Below, piece after piece: positions 30,036-39,324 of a stretch of 64,000 bases of DNA (positions within the stretch are counted from its first letter, which is position 1; every line of letters starts with the position of its first letter). Location of the stretch: NCBI GenBank assembly GCA_029261575.1, contig JAJDBD010000088.1:13524-77523 (forward strand), written 5' to 3'. The notes below the pieces were generated by a model that saw only the letters and a program-made list of their open reading frames with translations, did not search any database and had not been told where the DNA came from. Origin of the DNA: Nitrospinaceae bacterium. GTDB lineage: Bacteria > Nitrospinota > Nitrospinia > Nitrospinales > JACRGP01. A program made the position numbers and the translations under genes.

Positions 30036-31955
30036 ATGTGCGGCATTCTCGGTTGGTTGGGCAACCCGGACCCAAATATCGCCCGGAAGGCGCTCGACCG
30101 CTTGACCCATCGCGGTCCCGACCAGCAAGGCGAATGGCTGGACGAAAACCGTTCCATCTGGTTGGGTCATCGTCGCTTGTCTATCATCGACGTCTCCCCT
30201 CTCGGCCGCCAGCCCATGGTCTCCCCCAGCGGGCGTTACGTCCTCTGCTATAACGGCGAAGTTTATAATTATCCCGCGCTTAAAAAAGAACTGGAAAACC
30301 TACGTTTCCAATTTAAGGGAACCTCCGATACCGAAGTCGTCCTCGCCGCCATCGAGGCTTGGGGACTGCGCGCGGCGCTGGAAAAATTTATCGGCATGTT
30401 CGCCTTCGGATTGTACGACCGGGAGGAGGCTTGCCTCTGGCTGGTCCGCGACCGCATGGGCATTAAGCCCTTGTATTACGCGCATAACGGCGCCGAGCTT
30501 GTCTTTTCATCCGAACTCAAGCCGTTAAAGTTAATTCCCTGGCTGGACCAGTCCATCGACCCGGTCGCTCTGGACGCCTACTTGCGTTATCTCTGCGTCC
30601 CCGCCCCTCTCTCCATCCTGAAAGGCGTCCGCAAACTCCAACCGGGAGAACTTTTGCGCTGGAACGGTTCCAACTTGGAATCGTCGTTCTATTGGAGCTT
30701 GAACGACGCCGTTGAAAATGGGAGGGAAAATCCGTTCACCGGCTCCAGGCAGGAGGCCGCGGATGAATTGGAGAGCCTTCTCCGCAACGCTGTGTCCTTA
30801 CGAATGGTTTCGGACGTGCCCCTGGGCGCCTTTTTGTCGGGAGGAATCGACTCTTCGACCGTCGTCGCCCTAATGCAGTCCCAAAGCTCCCAAAAAATAA
30901 AAACGTTTTCTATCGGTTTCAAAGAGAAAGCGCACGACGAATCCCGATACGCTAAAAAAGTCGCGGCCCACCTGGGGACCGATCACCGCGAATTGATTCT
31001 CGATCCCGGTTCCATTCTGGAGGCTTTCCCAAAAATAACCACGTCGTTTGACGAGCCTTTCGCCGACCTCAGTTCCCTGCCCACCTACCTTGTCAGCCAA
31101 TTTGCCCGAGAGCACGTGACCGTGACTTTATCCGGCGACGGCGGCGATGAATTGTTTGGAGGCTACCCCCGCTATTTCTGGGCCAAGCGCATTCAGAATT
31201 TTCAACGCAGAGTGAAGCCGCCGCTGGCGCGGGTCGCGGGACGGCTGTTGCAAGCGATACCCGCGTGGTTCCTGGACGGTCCTGTTTCCTCTCTCGGCGG
31301 GGCAAAATATGGCGGATCGGGAGGGCTGTCCCATCGCGTCCATCGCATGGGAAAATATATTGTCTGTCCGCCAGAAAGCGTCTATAAAGAAATCGTCGCG
31401 GCATGGAAAAAGCCAGAAGCCGTTTTGAAAACCTTCAAGGGGTCTTGGGAGATGCCCTCCCCATTACGATTCCCTGAATTGGACTGGGCACAGCAAATGA
31501 TGGCGATCGACCAAACCAATTATATGGTCGACGATATACTCACAAAAGTGGATCGGGCGTCAATGGCCGTTTCTTTGGAAACGCGCGTTCCCATTCTGGA
31601 TCACCGGATTGTGGAGTGGAGTTGGAGGATTCCTCTGGAATATAATCTTGCCGCCCAGGGCGATCGAGGCAAACTTTTATTGAGAGACGTTCTCTACCGC
31701 CATGTGCCCAAAGAATTGATCGAACGACCCAAAATGGGGTTCGGCCTGCCCATGGAACATTGGTTGCGCAAGGAACTCAGACCTTGGGCCGAGGATTTAT
31801 TGCAACCCGCCTCCCTAAAAAACTCTGGCATTTTTAGACCCGAGCCGATCCAAAAAGTTTGGGAAAAACACCTGCAAGGCGAAAACCGTCTTCCAGAGAT
31901 ATGGACCGCGCTAATGTTTCTCGAATGGCAAAAAGGATGGTCGGCTCAACCATGA
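30036..31955 (+). CDS. Asparagine synthetase B-like glutamine amidotransferase
   Basis: 639 aa. N-terminal MCGI (Ntn Cys2) GATase-II domain and the PP-loop SGGIDSS of the synthetase domain. Confidence 0.9.
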   Translation: MCGILGWLGNPDPNIARKALDRLTHRGPDQQGEWLDENRSIWLGHRRLSIIDVSPLGRQPMVSPSGRYVLCYNGEVYNYPALKKELENLRFQFKGTSDTEVVLAAIEAWGLRAALEKFIGMFAFGLYDREEACLWLVRDRMGIKPLYYAHNGAELVFSSELKPLKLIPWLDQSIDPVALDAYLRYLCVPAPLSILKGVRKLQPGELLRWNGSNLESSFYWSLNDAVENGRENPFTGSRQEAADELESLLRNAVSLRMVSDVPLGAFLSGGIDSSTVVALMQSQSSQKIKTFSIGFKEKAHDESRYAKKVAAHLGTDHRELILDPGSILEAFPKITTSFDEPFADLSSLPTYLVSQFAREHVTVTLSGDGGDELFGGYPRYFWAKRIQNFQRRVKPPLARVAGRLLQAIPAWFLDGPVSSLGGAKYGGSGGLSHRVHRMGKYIVCPPESVYKEIVAAWKKPEAVLKTFKGSWEMPSPLRFPELDWAQQMMAIDQTNYMVDDILTKVDRASMAVSLETRVPILDHRIVEWSWRIPLEYNLAAQGDRGKLLLRDVLYRHVPKELIERPKMGFGLPMEHWLRKELRPWAEDLLQPASLKNSGIFRPEPIQKVWEKHLQGENRLPEIWTALMFLEWQKGWSAQP

Positions 31956-33088
31956 TCCGTATCCTTCATGTCATCAACGGACTGGCCGTCGCCGGCGCCG
32001 AAACCATGCTTTACAAATTGTTGTCCGGGATGGATTCCAAGAGATTTCAATCCGTTGTCGTTTCCCTTTCGGACAAGGGCGATCTCGGTTCCAGAATTGA
32101 AGAAGCCGGCGTCCCGATCTACGCCCTTGGAATGAAGCCTGGCAGGCCGTCGCCGCTGGCGGCGCTTCGGCTCTATCGACTGACAAAAAAGTTCCGTCCC
32201 CATATCCTGCAAACCTGGCTCTACTACGCGGACTTGATGGGCCTCGTCGTCGGGAAACTGGCCGGCATCCCGAAAATATTTATGAACCTGAGATGCACCG
32301 CAATGGACCCGGCACAATCCCGTTTTTTTATTCGAGCCTCCGTCTATGCCTTGGCCTGGATTTCTCCTCTTGCCGACGGGATGATTTATAATTCCGAAGC
32401 GGGCCGAATGGATCATGAAGCTATTGGGTTTCGTCCGTCACAATGGAAATGGATACCCAATGGATTCGACCTGGAGACGTTTCGCCCCGACCCAAACGCA
32501 AGAGCACGCTTGATGAAAGAATTGGACATTCAAGAACCCGCTTTCCTGATCGGCCATATCGCGCGCTTCGATCCTCAAAAGGATCATGCAACCTTGATAT
32601 CTGCGGCAAAGGAGGCCGTGAGGCAGAATTCAATGATTCATTTTGTCCTGGCTGGGAAAAACGTCTCGCAAACAAACGACGATTTCAAAAATATGCTGAG
32701 GGACGCCAATTGCTCTCAAAACATCCATCTTCTGGGAAAAAGAAAAGACGTCGAAAAAATTCTTCCGGGTCTGGACGCCCTGGTTTTAAGCTCTGCTTTT
32801 GGAGAAGGATTTCCTAATATTTTGGGAGAGGCTATGGCTTGCGCGATTCCCTGTATCGCAACCGACGTCGGAGATTCAAAACAAATCCTGGGTTCCTCCG
32901 GGTTCATCGTGCCGCCTAAAATTCCAAAGCGTCTGGCGAAGGCGATGCTTGATCTGGCAACTATGAATCCGAAAGAAAGAGAAGCGCGGGGAAACGCCGC
33001 CCGCCGGAGAATTGCGGAAAACTTTTCCATTGAAAAGGTCGTCGCCCAGTATGAAAATTTTTATCGCGACGCCCTGACCGTTAAATAA
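31952..33088 (+). CDS. Glycosyltransferase, GT4 (GT-B fold)
   Basis: MIRILHVINGLAVAGAE N-terminus and SSAFGEGFPNILGEAMACAIPCIATDVGD C-domain. ATGA overlap with the asnB-like stop, so the ORF-track start at 31859 is rejected. Confidence 0.85.
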   Translation: MIRILHVINGLAVAGAETMLYKLLSGMDSKRFQSVVVSLSDKGDLGSRIEEAGVPIYALGMKPGRPSPLAALRLYRLTKKFRPHILQTWLYYADLMGLVVGKLAGIPKIFMNLRCTAMDPAQSRFFIRASVYALAWISPLADGMIYNSEAGRMDHEAIGFRPSQWKWIPNGFDLETFRPDPNARARLMKELDIQEPAFLIGHIARFDPQKDHATLISAAKEAVRQNSMIHFVLAGKNVSQTNDDFKNMLRDANCSQNIHLLGKRKDVEKILPGLDALVLSSAFGEGFPNILGEAMACAIPCIATDVGDSKQILGSSGFIVPPKIPKRLAKAMLDLATMNPKEREARGNAARRRIAENFSIEKVVAQYENFYRDALTVK

Positions 33089-33101
33089 AATCTCCTTAAC
33101 G

Positions 33102-34268
33102 ATGGCCGCCTTAAAAAAAAACGCGCTTTTGATTGCCGCCGGGTTAGCGCTCGCATTGGGCCTGTGCGAGGGCGGCCTGCGTCTGGCCCAGATTTCCTAT
33201 CCGTATTTTCACGAGCCGGACCCCCATCGCGGTTATAGTTTGTCGCCGGGGGTGGAGGGCTGGTACACGAATGAAAACCGCGCTTATATCCGCATCAACA
33301 GCCTGGGCATGCGCGACCGCGAGCATTCCGTCCCAAAGCCAGCGAAGACCTTTCGCGTGGCCGTGTTGGGCGATTCGTTCACGGAGGCTTTTCAGGTCGA
33401 CCGGGAAAAAACTTTCTGGAGCGTTCTGGAAAACGAACTGGCGGATTGCCCGACGTTCTCCGATAAAACTCCGGAGGTTCTCAATTTTGGCGTCGGCGGA
33501 TACGGTACCGGTCAAGAGCTTCTCACGCTGCGCCATCACGTTTGGCGGTTCGACCCCGATCTCGTTCTCCTCGCTTTCTTTTCCGGAAACGACGCCCGGA
33601 ACAATTCAAAAAAATTGCAAGGCGACGACCGTATTCCTTATTTTAATTTCAAGGACGGGAGGCTGACTCTCGACGCCGCCTTTCGCGACACGGCGTGGTA
33701 TCGGTCGCGAACGTCGTGGACGGGACGGACCGGCTATTGGATACTAAATTCATTCCGCACGGTTCAGATTTTGAAGCGCGCTTGGAATCTGGCGCAAAGC
33801 GCCGCCCCCGCCCAGGACGGGGTTCCCGACAACGTCAACACAATCGAAGCGGGACTGGACGATACGGTTTTCCGGGAACCCGCGAATCAGGATTGGCAAA
33901 ATGCCTGGAGAATCACGGAAGCTTTGATTGCCGAAATGAGTCGGGAGGTTAAGGAGAAGAACAAACGGTTTTTTATTTCGACGGTAACGTCTGGAATTCA
34001 GGTCCATCCCGACAAAAAAATTCGCGATGAATTTATGAAAAAAATGCGGGTTAAAAATCTTTTCTATCCCGAGACGCGGCTTCAAGCTATCGAGGAAGAA
34101 CACGGCATTCCGGTTTTGAGTCTCGCTCCGCTGTTCCAAGCCTACGCCGACCAGAAGCGGGTTTTCCTGCACGGGTTTGGGGCTCGTTTGGGCGTCGGCC
34201 ATTGGAACGAGGAGGGGCACAAGTTGGGTGGAAGATTGATGGCCAACTTTATTTGCGAGCGGCTTTAA
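33102..34268 (+). CDS. SGNH/GDSL-family hydrolase or acyltransferase with N-terminal membrane anchor
   Basis: Block I VAVLGDSFTE, block II GVGGYGTGQ, block III FFSGNDARNN. One N-terminal hydrophobic helix. Confidence 0.7.
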   Translation: MAALKKNALLIAAGLALALGLCEGGLRLAQISYPYFHEPDPHRGYSLSPGVEGWYTNENRAYIRINSLGMRDREHSVPKPAKTFRVAVLGDSFTEAFQVDREKTFWSVLENELADCPTFSDKTPEVLNFGVGGYGTGQELLTLRHHVWRFDPDLVLLAFFSGNDARNNSKKLQGDDRIPYFNFKDGRLTLDAAFRDTAWYRSRTSWTGRTGYWILNSFRTVQILKRAWNLAQSAAPAQDGVPDNVNTIEAGLDDTVFREPANQDWQNAWRITEALIAEMSREVKEKNKRFFISTVTSGIQVHPDKKIRDEFMKKMRVKNLFYPETRLQAIEEEHGIPVLSLAPLFQAYADQKRVFLHGFGARLGVGHWNEEGHKLGGRLMANFICERL

Positions 34269-34409
34269 CGATTTTTGAAAATTATCGACCTTGTTGACTT
34301 ATATTGAACGCGGCGGCAAGCATGTCGGCGGGGCCTTGCAAGCGCCAAAAATTAATCGCTCACCGTCCGCCTCAACGATTCGTTGATTCGTTGATTCGTT
34401 CATACGCCT

Positions 34410-36635
34410 ATGGTCCGGTTACCAGATCAAATAGGGTTTTGCCTGCTCCTGTTCTTAATCGTTTTCACGCCGCTGGCGTTTGGCTCCGTTCATACCTGGG
34501 CTTACACGTTGACCGAATGCGTCGCGCTGTTGATGATTTCCTGCCCGCTCCTGCAAGCCGCGATCAAAGGCGAATTCGTTTGGGTCAAGGCGCCGTTCAA
34601 CGCCTGCGTCCTCGTTTTGCTGGCCTACCTGTTTTTGCAAACGCTCCCCCTGCCCGCAAGCCTGATAGCAAACCTGTCTCCGGAAACTCTGGCGGACCAC
34701 GCGCGCCGGCTCGCGCCGGGCGAACCTCTTTCCTCTATGGGCAATATTTCCCTTTCCCTGAACCCGAGAAAAACCTGGGTGGATTGGTCGAAGATTGCGA
34801 CCTATTTTGCCGTCTTTTTTTACATCGTGAACCGGGTCCGGACCCGAAGGGAAATCAACCTGCTGATTGCTGCGATTTTATCGGTCGCCTGTTTCGAGGT
34901 GTTGTACGGTCTGTGGGGAAAGGTCGAGGGGACTTATACGATCTGGTGGTGGCAAAATAAATTTGGCGGTCCTCATATCAGCGGCACCTACATCAATTCG
35001 AATCATCTCGCAGGCTATCTGGAAATGGCGGCCCTGTTGGGCGTCGGATTTGTCTTCAGTTTTTTCAAACGATCGCGGTCTCGCAAACCTCTGGTAAAAA
35101 TCTCCTGGGGAATGCGGGCGCTGGAATTTTTTCAAAACCGCGGAAGTTCGTTCCAGCTATTTGCTTTTTATTCCACCCTCCTTATTTTATCCGGAGTCTT
35201 TTTGACCGCCTCACGCGGAGGCATGCTTGCTCTGTCGGGCGGCCTGATTTTTGCGGGGGCGGCGTCCTTCCGCCAATGGCGACCGTATTTAAAGCCGACG
35301 TATTTGGCGTTGATCCTCGTTGCCGCGCTGTCCGCCGCGTGGGTCCTGCAAGGGGAGGAAACCCTGTCGGTGTTTGATCGATATAAAACTCTTTTTTCCG
35401 TGGGCGATTTGCTTCGGGACGAACAAAAGGCATACTCCAACGAGTTTCCGCTGAGGTTGAGACTTTATCGCGACCTGATCGCGGCCAGCCGGGACTATCC
35501 TTTTTTTGGAATCGGATTGGGTTCTTTTTCCGAACTGTATCCCAAGTATTATCCTCCGAATATCGTGGGATCGTTTCAGTACGCGCATAACGACTGGTTG
35601 CAGTGGCTTTTGGAAACCGGATGGATCGGACTCGCCTTGCTGGCGGCGGCGATGATTTTCTTCGTCGCGTCCTGCGGTCGTCTGCTGAGAAAGCGCGACG
35701 ACCCTTATGCCGTGGGAATTGGCTGGGGCGCCCTCGGCGGCCTGACCGCCTTGTTCCTGCACAGTTTCGTGGATTTCAATCTGCACATCCCCGCCAACGC
35801 TCTTCTGTTCTTCGTCCTTGCGGGAATCGCTTATGTGACGATCCATAACCAGGTTCATCAGGGCCAGGAAACCAGCCTGCTTCCGACCCGGACCCTTCGG
35901 CCCGCGAAGCCGGTTCTTTGGGGCGCGGTTGCGGGAATGGTTTTAATTTTTGGGATGTTCGGAACCTGGAGTCTCAAGCATTTGCGAGCGGAAAATCTTT
36001 GCCCGACGGAAGTGAATTCCACGCTGACGCTGGAAAAAAATCCTCCTCTCGACGACATAAAAAAAGCTTTGATACTGGAGCCGAACAATGCGGAGTGTTG
36101 GGGCAAGCTGGCGTTGCAATTCGAAAAACTTAAAAGACTGGAACCGAAAAATTTCTTCCAGAAGTACTACACGGAAAAAAACGTTCAGGCCCTGACTGAG
36201 GCGTTGCGGCTCAATCCCATCCGTTCCTACCACCACGCTTTACTGGGCAGGGAATATTTTCATCTGAGCCTGTTAGAGCCTGAGAGTTCGCGGAAATGGT
36301 TGGACCGGTCCTACCGCTCCTATGAAAATGCCGTTTATTACGACCGAAGAAAGTCCGGAGCCATTCTGACCGCCGCCAACATCTGGCTGGACTACGCGAA
36401 GGGCGCGACCCGGCCCGACCATAAAGTCATGTTTTCGGAAAAGGCGTTCGCGTTGATGAAAGTGATTGTTCGGTTGCGGCCCTTTTTTTGGAAATACGCT
36501 CTGGACACGGCGTTTCCTTATTACTCCAAGCTCGATCTGGTTACAAAAGTGATTCCCGGTCCCGGCGAGTCGGACGAATTCAAAAAGCTGAATTTAAGGG
36601 CGCGGCAACGGGTATTAAAACGCCTGGGCCTCTGA
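34410..36635 (+). CDS. O-antigen ligase family (Wzy_C) membrane protein fused to a C-terminal TPR-like domain
   Basis: 741 aa. The N-terminal ~500 aa are polytopic with the signature YAHNDWLQWLLETGWIGL. The C-terminal ~230 aa are soluble, helical-repeat-like (ALILEPNNAECWGKLA..., ALRLNPIRSYHHALLGREY). Confidence 0.75.
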   Translation: MVRLPDQIGFCLLLFLIVFTPLAFGSVHTWAYTLTECVALLMISCPLLQAAIKGEFVWVKAPFNACVLVLLAYLFLQTLPLPASLIANLSPETLADHARRLAPGEPLSSMGNISLSLNPRKTWVDWSKIATYFAVFFYIVNRVRTRREINLLIAAILSVACFEVLYGLWGKVEGTYTIWWWQNKFGGPHISGTYINSNHLAGYLEMAALLGVGFVFSFFKRSRSRKPLVKISWGMRALEFFQNRGSSFQLFAFYSTLLILSGVFLTASRGGMLALSGGLIFAGAASFRQWRPYLKPTYLALILVAALSAAWVLQGEETLSVFDRYKTLFSVGDLLRDEQKAYSNEFPLRLRLYRDLIAASRDYPFFGIGLGSFSELYPKYYPPNIVGSFQYAHNDWLQWLLETGWIGLALLAAAMIFFVASCGRLLRKRDDPYAVGIGWGALGGLTALFLHSFVDFNLHIPANALLFFVLAGIAYVTIHNQVHQGQETSLLPTRTLRPAKPVLWGAVAGMVLIFGMFGTWSLKHLRAENLCPTEVNSTLTLEKNPPLDDIKKALILEPNNAECWGKLALQFEKLKRLEPKNFFQKYYTEKNVQALTEALRLNPIRSYHHALLGREYFHLSLLEPESSRKWLDRSYRSYENAVYYDRRKSGAILTAANIWLDYAKGATRPDHKVMFSEKAFALMKVIVRLRPFFWKYALDTAFPYYSKLDLVTKVIPGPGESDEFKKLNLRARQRVLKRLGL

Positions 36636-36755
36636 AACGGTTCGTGGGCTTTTAAATTACCCGCGGGTGCCGGTCGATTTTAAGGCGGGCGAATTTTTGC
36701 ATTAATCTCCCTCCGACTTTTTTTGCGATACTATAAAGGCAGGAGGAATTCCCCA

Positions 36756-37493
36756 ATGAACTGCAAATTTGCCAAACCGGGATTTCGATGGGGCCGCGCG
36801 CGGGCCTGGTGGGCTATCCTTTGTGTTGGGGCTCTTTCGGCGTGCGCCTCCGGAGCCGTTACCGGCAACCGCTACGTGGACGAGTCCAGAGGTTACCAGA
36901 CCTCCTGGTCGGCGTCGGATTGGGAGACGATCCCGGACGCCTGGTCCTACGATGATGATTTCGGAACGATCCTGACCCAGACGCCCGGAAAATTTCAGTA
37001 CTTCACGGAGAAAAGACACGACGGCAGGCCGCGCAACGAACTGGGCCGTTATTACGATCCTCCCAAGACGAAGGAAACTTCAATATTCGACGTCGGACTG
37101 GGATTGCGCCGGCAAGGCGCGGACCTGAAAATTCTAGCGGCCACCGCCACCGAGGGTCGTTTGTTCAAATTTGTACAGGCTCACAAGGACCGGCGGGATT
37201 ATGGCAAGCGGGGGGAGTTGATCCGGGATTACTTTGAAATCATCGGGGCGCCCTCTGGCGCCGCGAAGGGAGCGGGCGGCTCGTCCGGCGCGGATATTTT
37301 AACGACGCGGTGGAATTCGGAGCAAGGCGCGCGCGTACTCCATGGAAGGTTTGTGGGTGATTATGTATTGCTGGTTTTTCTGCAAGCCGGGAACTCGGTT
37401 TCCAACGATCTGTTGGACGAGGGAGTCGCCGTCGCTAAAAGTCTGATCGATGAAAATTTAACCCTTCTTTCCGAAACGTCCCATCGAAATTGA
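36756..37493 (+). CDS. Hypothetical lipoprotein
   Basis: The signal peptide ends in the lipobox-like LSAC. No recognisable domain. Start taken at MNCKF (36756). Confidence 0.5.
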   Translation: MNCKFAKPGFRWGRARAWWAILCVGALSACASGAVTGNRYVDESRGYQTSWSASDWETIPDAWSYDDDFGTILTQTPGKFQYFTEKRHDGRPRNELGRYYDPPKTKETSIFDVGLGLRRQGADLKILAATATEGRLFKFVQAHKDRRDYGKRGELIRDYFEIIGAPSGAAKGAGGSSGADILTTRWNSEQGARVLHGRFVGDYVLLVFLQAGNSVSNDLLDEGVAVAKSLIDENLTLLSETSHRN

Positions 37494-37517
37494 ACGTCCT
37501 CCCGCGAAGCGACCGGG

Positions 37518-38417
37518 CTAAAAGAAACTGCGCGGGATGTGAATGATATCTCCCGGTTTCAGGCGGATATTCTTTGTCAAATCGCCCTCAAAAATGACCT
37601 GGTCCAGAGGCACGCTGATCCGTTTGATTTCTTTTACCCCGTTGGAATTCATGGTCTTTCTATACACCTTGGCGGCTTTCGGACGGGCGATTTCCGTCAG
37701 TCCCTCGGCCATTAAAATCGCGTCGAGAATAGTAATGCCCGCGCGAAAATCGACCACCTGCGGTTTTTTCACCTCGCCCATGACGTTGATCCGGCTGTCG
37801 AAATTGTCGTGGATCAAAACAAAGTCGTTGTCCTTGAGAATGACGTTTTGGGAAAATTCGTCCTCGCGAATCAGCGCGTGGAAATCGATGGGCATCTTCT
37901 TTCCATCCCGAAGCAAATAGGATTTTTTGAGATCGGCTTGTTCGGTGAAGCCCTCGGCCAGGGAAAAAAGATGCAAAAGGGAAATCGGCCGGTTCACTTT
38001 AAAAGTCCCCGCCTTGTTGACCTCGCCGGTGATGGAAATTTTGATGCTGTTGATCTCTTTGACGATGACGGTGACGCTGGCGTCGGTGATGAATTTCCTG
38101 AGGCGCGCAGTGATTTCTTTCCTCAATTCCGACGGAGTCCTGCCTTTGGCCTTGACGTCTCCGATCAGGGGAAAGGCGACCAGGCCGTCCGGGCGAACGG
38201 GCATTTTAGAGGTCATTTCCTTACTGCCCCACACCGAAATTTCGATGATATCCTCCGGACCCAGTCGAAACGCCTCCTCGTCGGCGGTTTGGGTCGAAAG
38301 GTTTGAAGATTTTTCCGCTGGAGACGCGAACCCCTGCGCTCCCGCTGGAGAGGAATAGAAGGAAAGATTCGTCGCCGCCAGGAACAACAATCCTACAACC
38401 GCCCAATTATATTTCAT
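37518..38417 (-). CDS. Polysaccharide export outer-membrane protein (Wza-like: Poly_export + SLBB)
   Basis: Signal peptide MKYNWAVVGLLFLAATNLSFYSSPAGAQG, then LGPEDIIEISVW...PVRPDGLVAFPLIGDVKAKGRTPSEL (Poly_export motif) and SLBB-like repeats. Alternative start at 38447. Confidence 0.8.
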   Translation of the reverse strand: MKYNWAVVGLLFLAATNLSFYSSPAGAQGFASPAEKSSNLSTQTADEEAFRLGPEDIIEISVWGSKEMTSKMPVRPDGLVAFPLIGDVKAKGRTPSELRKEITARLRKFITDASVTVIVKEINSIKISITGEVNKAGTFKVNRPISLLHLFSLAEGFTEQADLKKSYLLRDGKKMPIDFHALIREDEFSQNVILKDNDFVLIHDNFDSRINVMGEVKKPQVVDFRAGITILDAILMAEGLTEIARPKAAKVYRKTMNSNGVKEIKRISVPLDQVIFEGDLTKNIRLKPGDIIHIPRSFF

Positions 38418-38529
38418 GATTCCCCCAGAATTTTTAAACCCACGCAAAACCGAAAATCCGCCTCGTGTCTGAAAAGGTTCCTAAGCGTTAGTCAAGCGGG
38501 ATATTTAACAGCGATGGATTTTGAGCGTC

Positions 38530-38563
38530 ATTATAGCATCGAGGCAAGAGAAGCAGACGTCAA
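38530..38563 (-). promoter_or_regulatory. Candidate sigma70 extended -10 promoter for the wza-like gene
   Basis: The minus strand reads TTGACG-N22-TGCTATAAT, that is TGnTATAAT at 38538-38530. The -35-like hexamer is 22 nt away, which is too far to be canonical. A C9 tract (38568-38576) abuts it upstream. Confidence 0.4.
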
Positions 38564-38637
38564 AAATGGGGGGGGGTGGAAGCGAACTGCCGCGCGCCAA
38601 AGATCCCTTGAGCGGGTTGGAGCGGAGCGCCGGGTTT

Positions 38638-39300
38638 TCAGGTAGCGGGAGTTCTTTTTATCAGGAGAATTTCGTGCATGTTCCAAAAATAAGTAATCGT
38701 CTTGTCGAGAGAAACATTCTTTTTCGATTCCAGATGCGCCAATACGGTGGCACGGGGTAAAGCCTTGCCGTTGTACCCAACCGCCAACACGCCGTCCGAG
38801 GCAAGGTAATCGGGCGCCTGGTCGAATAAAACGTCCAGAACTCCGGGATCTTCATAGTAGGACAAATTCCAGAAAATTATGTCGTAGGTTTTTTGGGGGA
38901 CGTTGGAAAATACGTTCGAGGTCAATGCGTTTACTTTATAAGAATTCGCCGAAATAAATTTTTTGGCGCACTCCACCCGTTCCTCGCGGTTGTCCACTCC
39001 GTCGATGGTCGTGGAAACCCGTTTGGAAAGACAGCCGCTCAGGATTGCAAAACTTCCCACGCCAATTTCCAGCATGCGGGGATTGTCCCATCGGCGTATG
39101 AGTTTCTTCAATTCGCGGCGCAGGAGGACCGTCGTCAGATCAAAGTAGCAACTGTCCCCCGTATCGACGGGAAAACGGCTCATCCCAAAAATCAACCGGG
39201 CAAGGAATCGGGATCGGAGACATGCGTGCCAAAAGGATCGAAACCGCGACGGAGCCGCGCCGGCGTAAATTTGATAAATTTTTTCGACTAGGACTCTCAT
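38638..39300 (-). CDS. Class I methyltransferase (HemK-like fold, degenerate NPPY)
   Basis: Motif I MLEIGVGSFAILSG. DIIFWNLSYY sits where N6/N5-MTases carry D-x4-NPPY. Last gene of the FkbH-ACP cassette. Confidence 0.6.
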   Translation of the reverse strand: MRVLVEKIYQIYAGAAPSRFRSFWHACLRSRFLARLIFGMSRFPVDTGDSCYFDLTTVLLRRELKKLIRRWDNPRMLEIGVGSFAILSGCLSKRVSTTIDGVDNREERVECAKKFISANSYKVNALTSNVFSNVPQKTYDIIFWNLSYYEDPGVLDVLFDQAPDYLASDGVLAVGYNGKALPRATVLAHLESKKNVSLDKTITYFWNMHEILLIKRTPAT

Positions 39301-39324
39301 AGAAAAAAAGGAGCGCTCCGCAGG

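Noticed and set aside
34304-34960. 218-aa + strand ORF overlapping the start of the O-antigen-ligase-like gene in another frame.
   Set aside because: It has an Arg/Pro/Ala-rich composition with no hydrophobic or domain pattern. The overlapping frame (34410-36635) gives a coherent polytopic Wzy_C protein.
38558-38563. TTGACG hexamer as a canonical -35 for the wza-like promoter.
   Set aside because: It is 22 nt from the TATAAT hexamer, well beyond the usual 16-18 nt spacing. The promoter call relies only on the extended -10 (TGnTATAAT).
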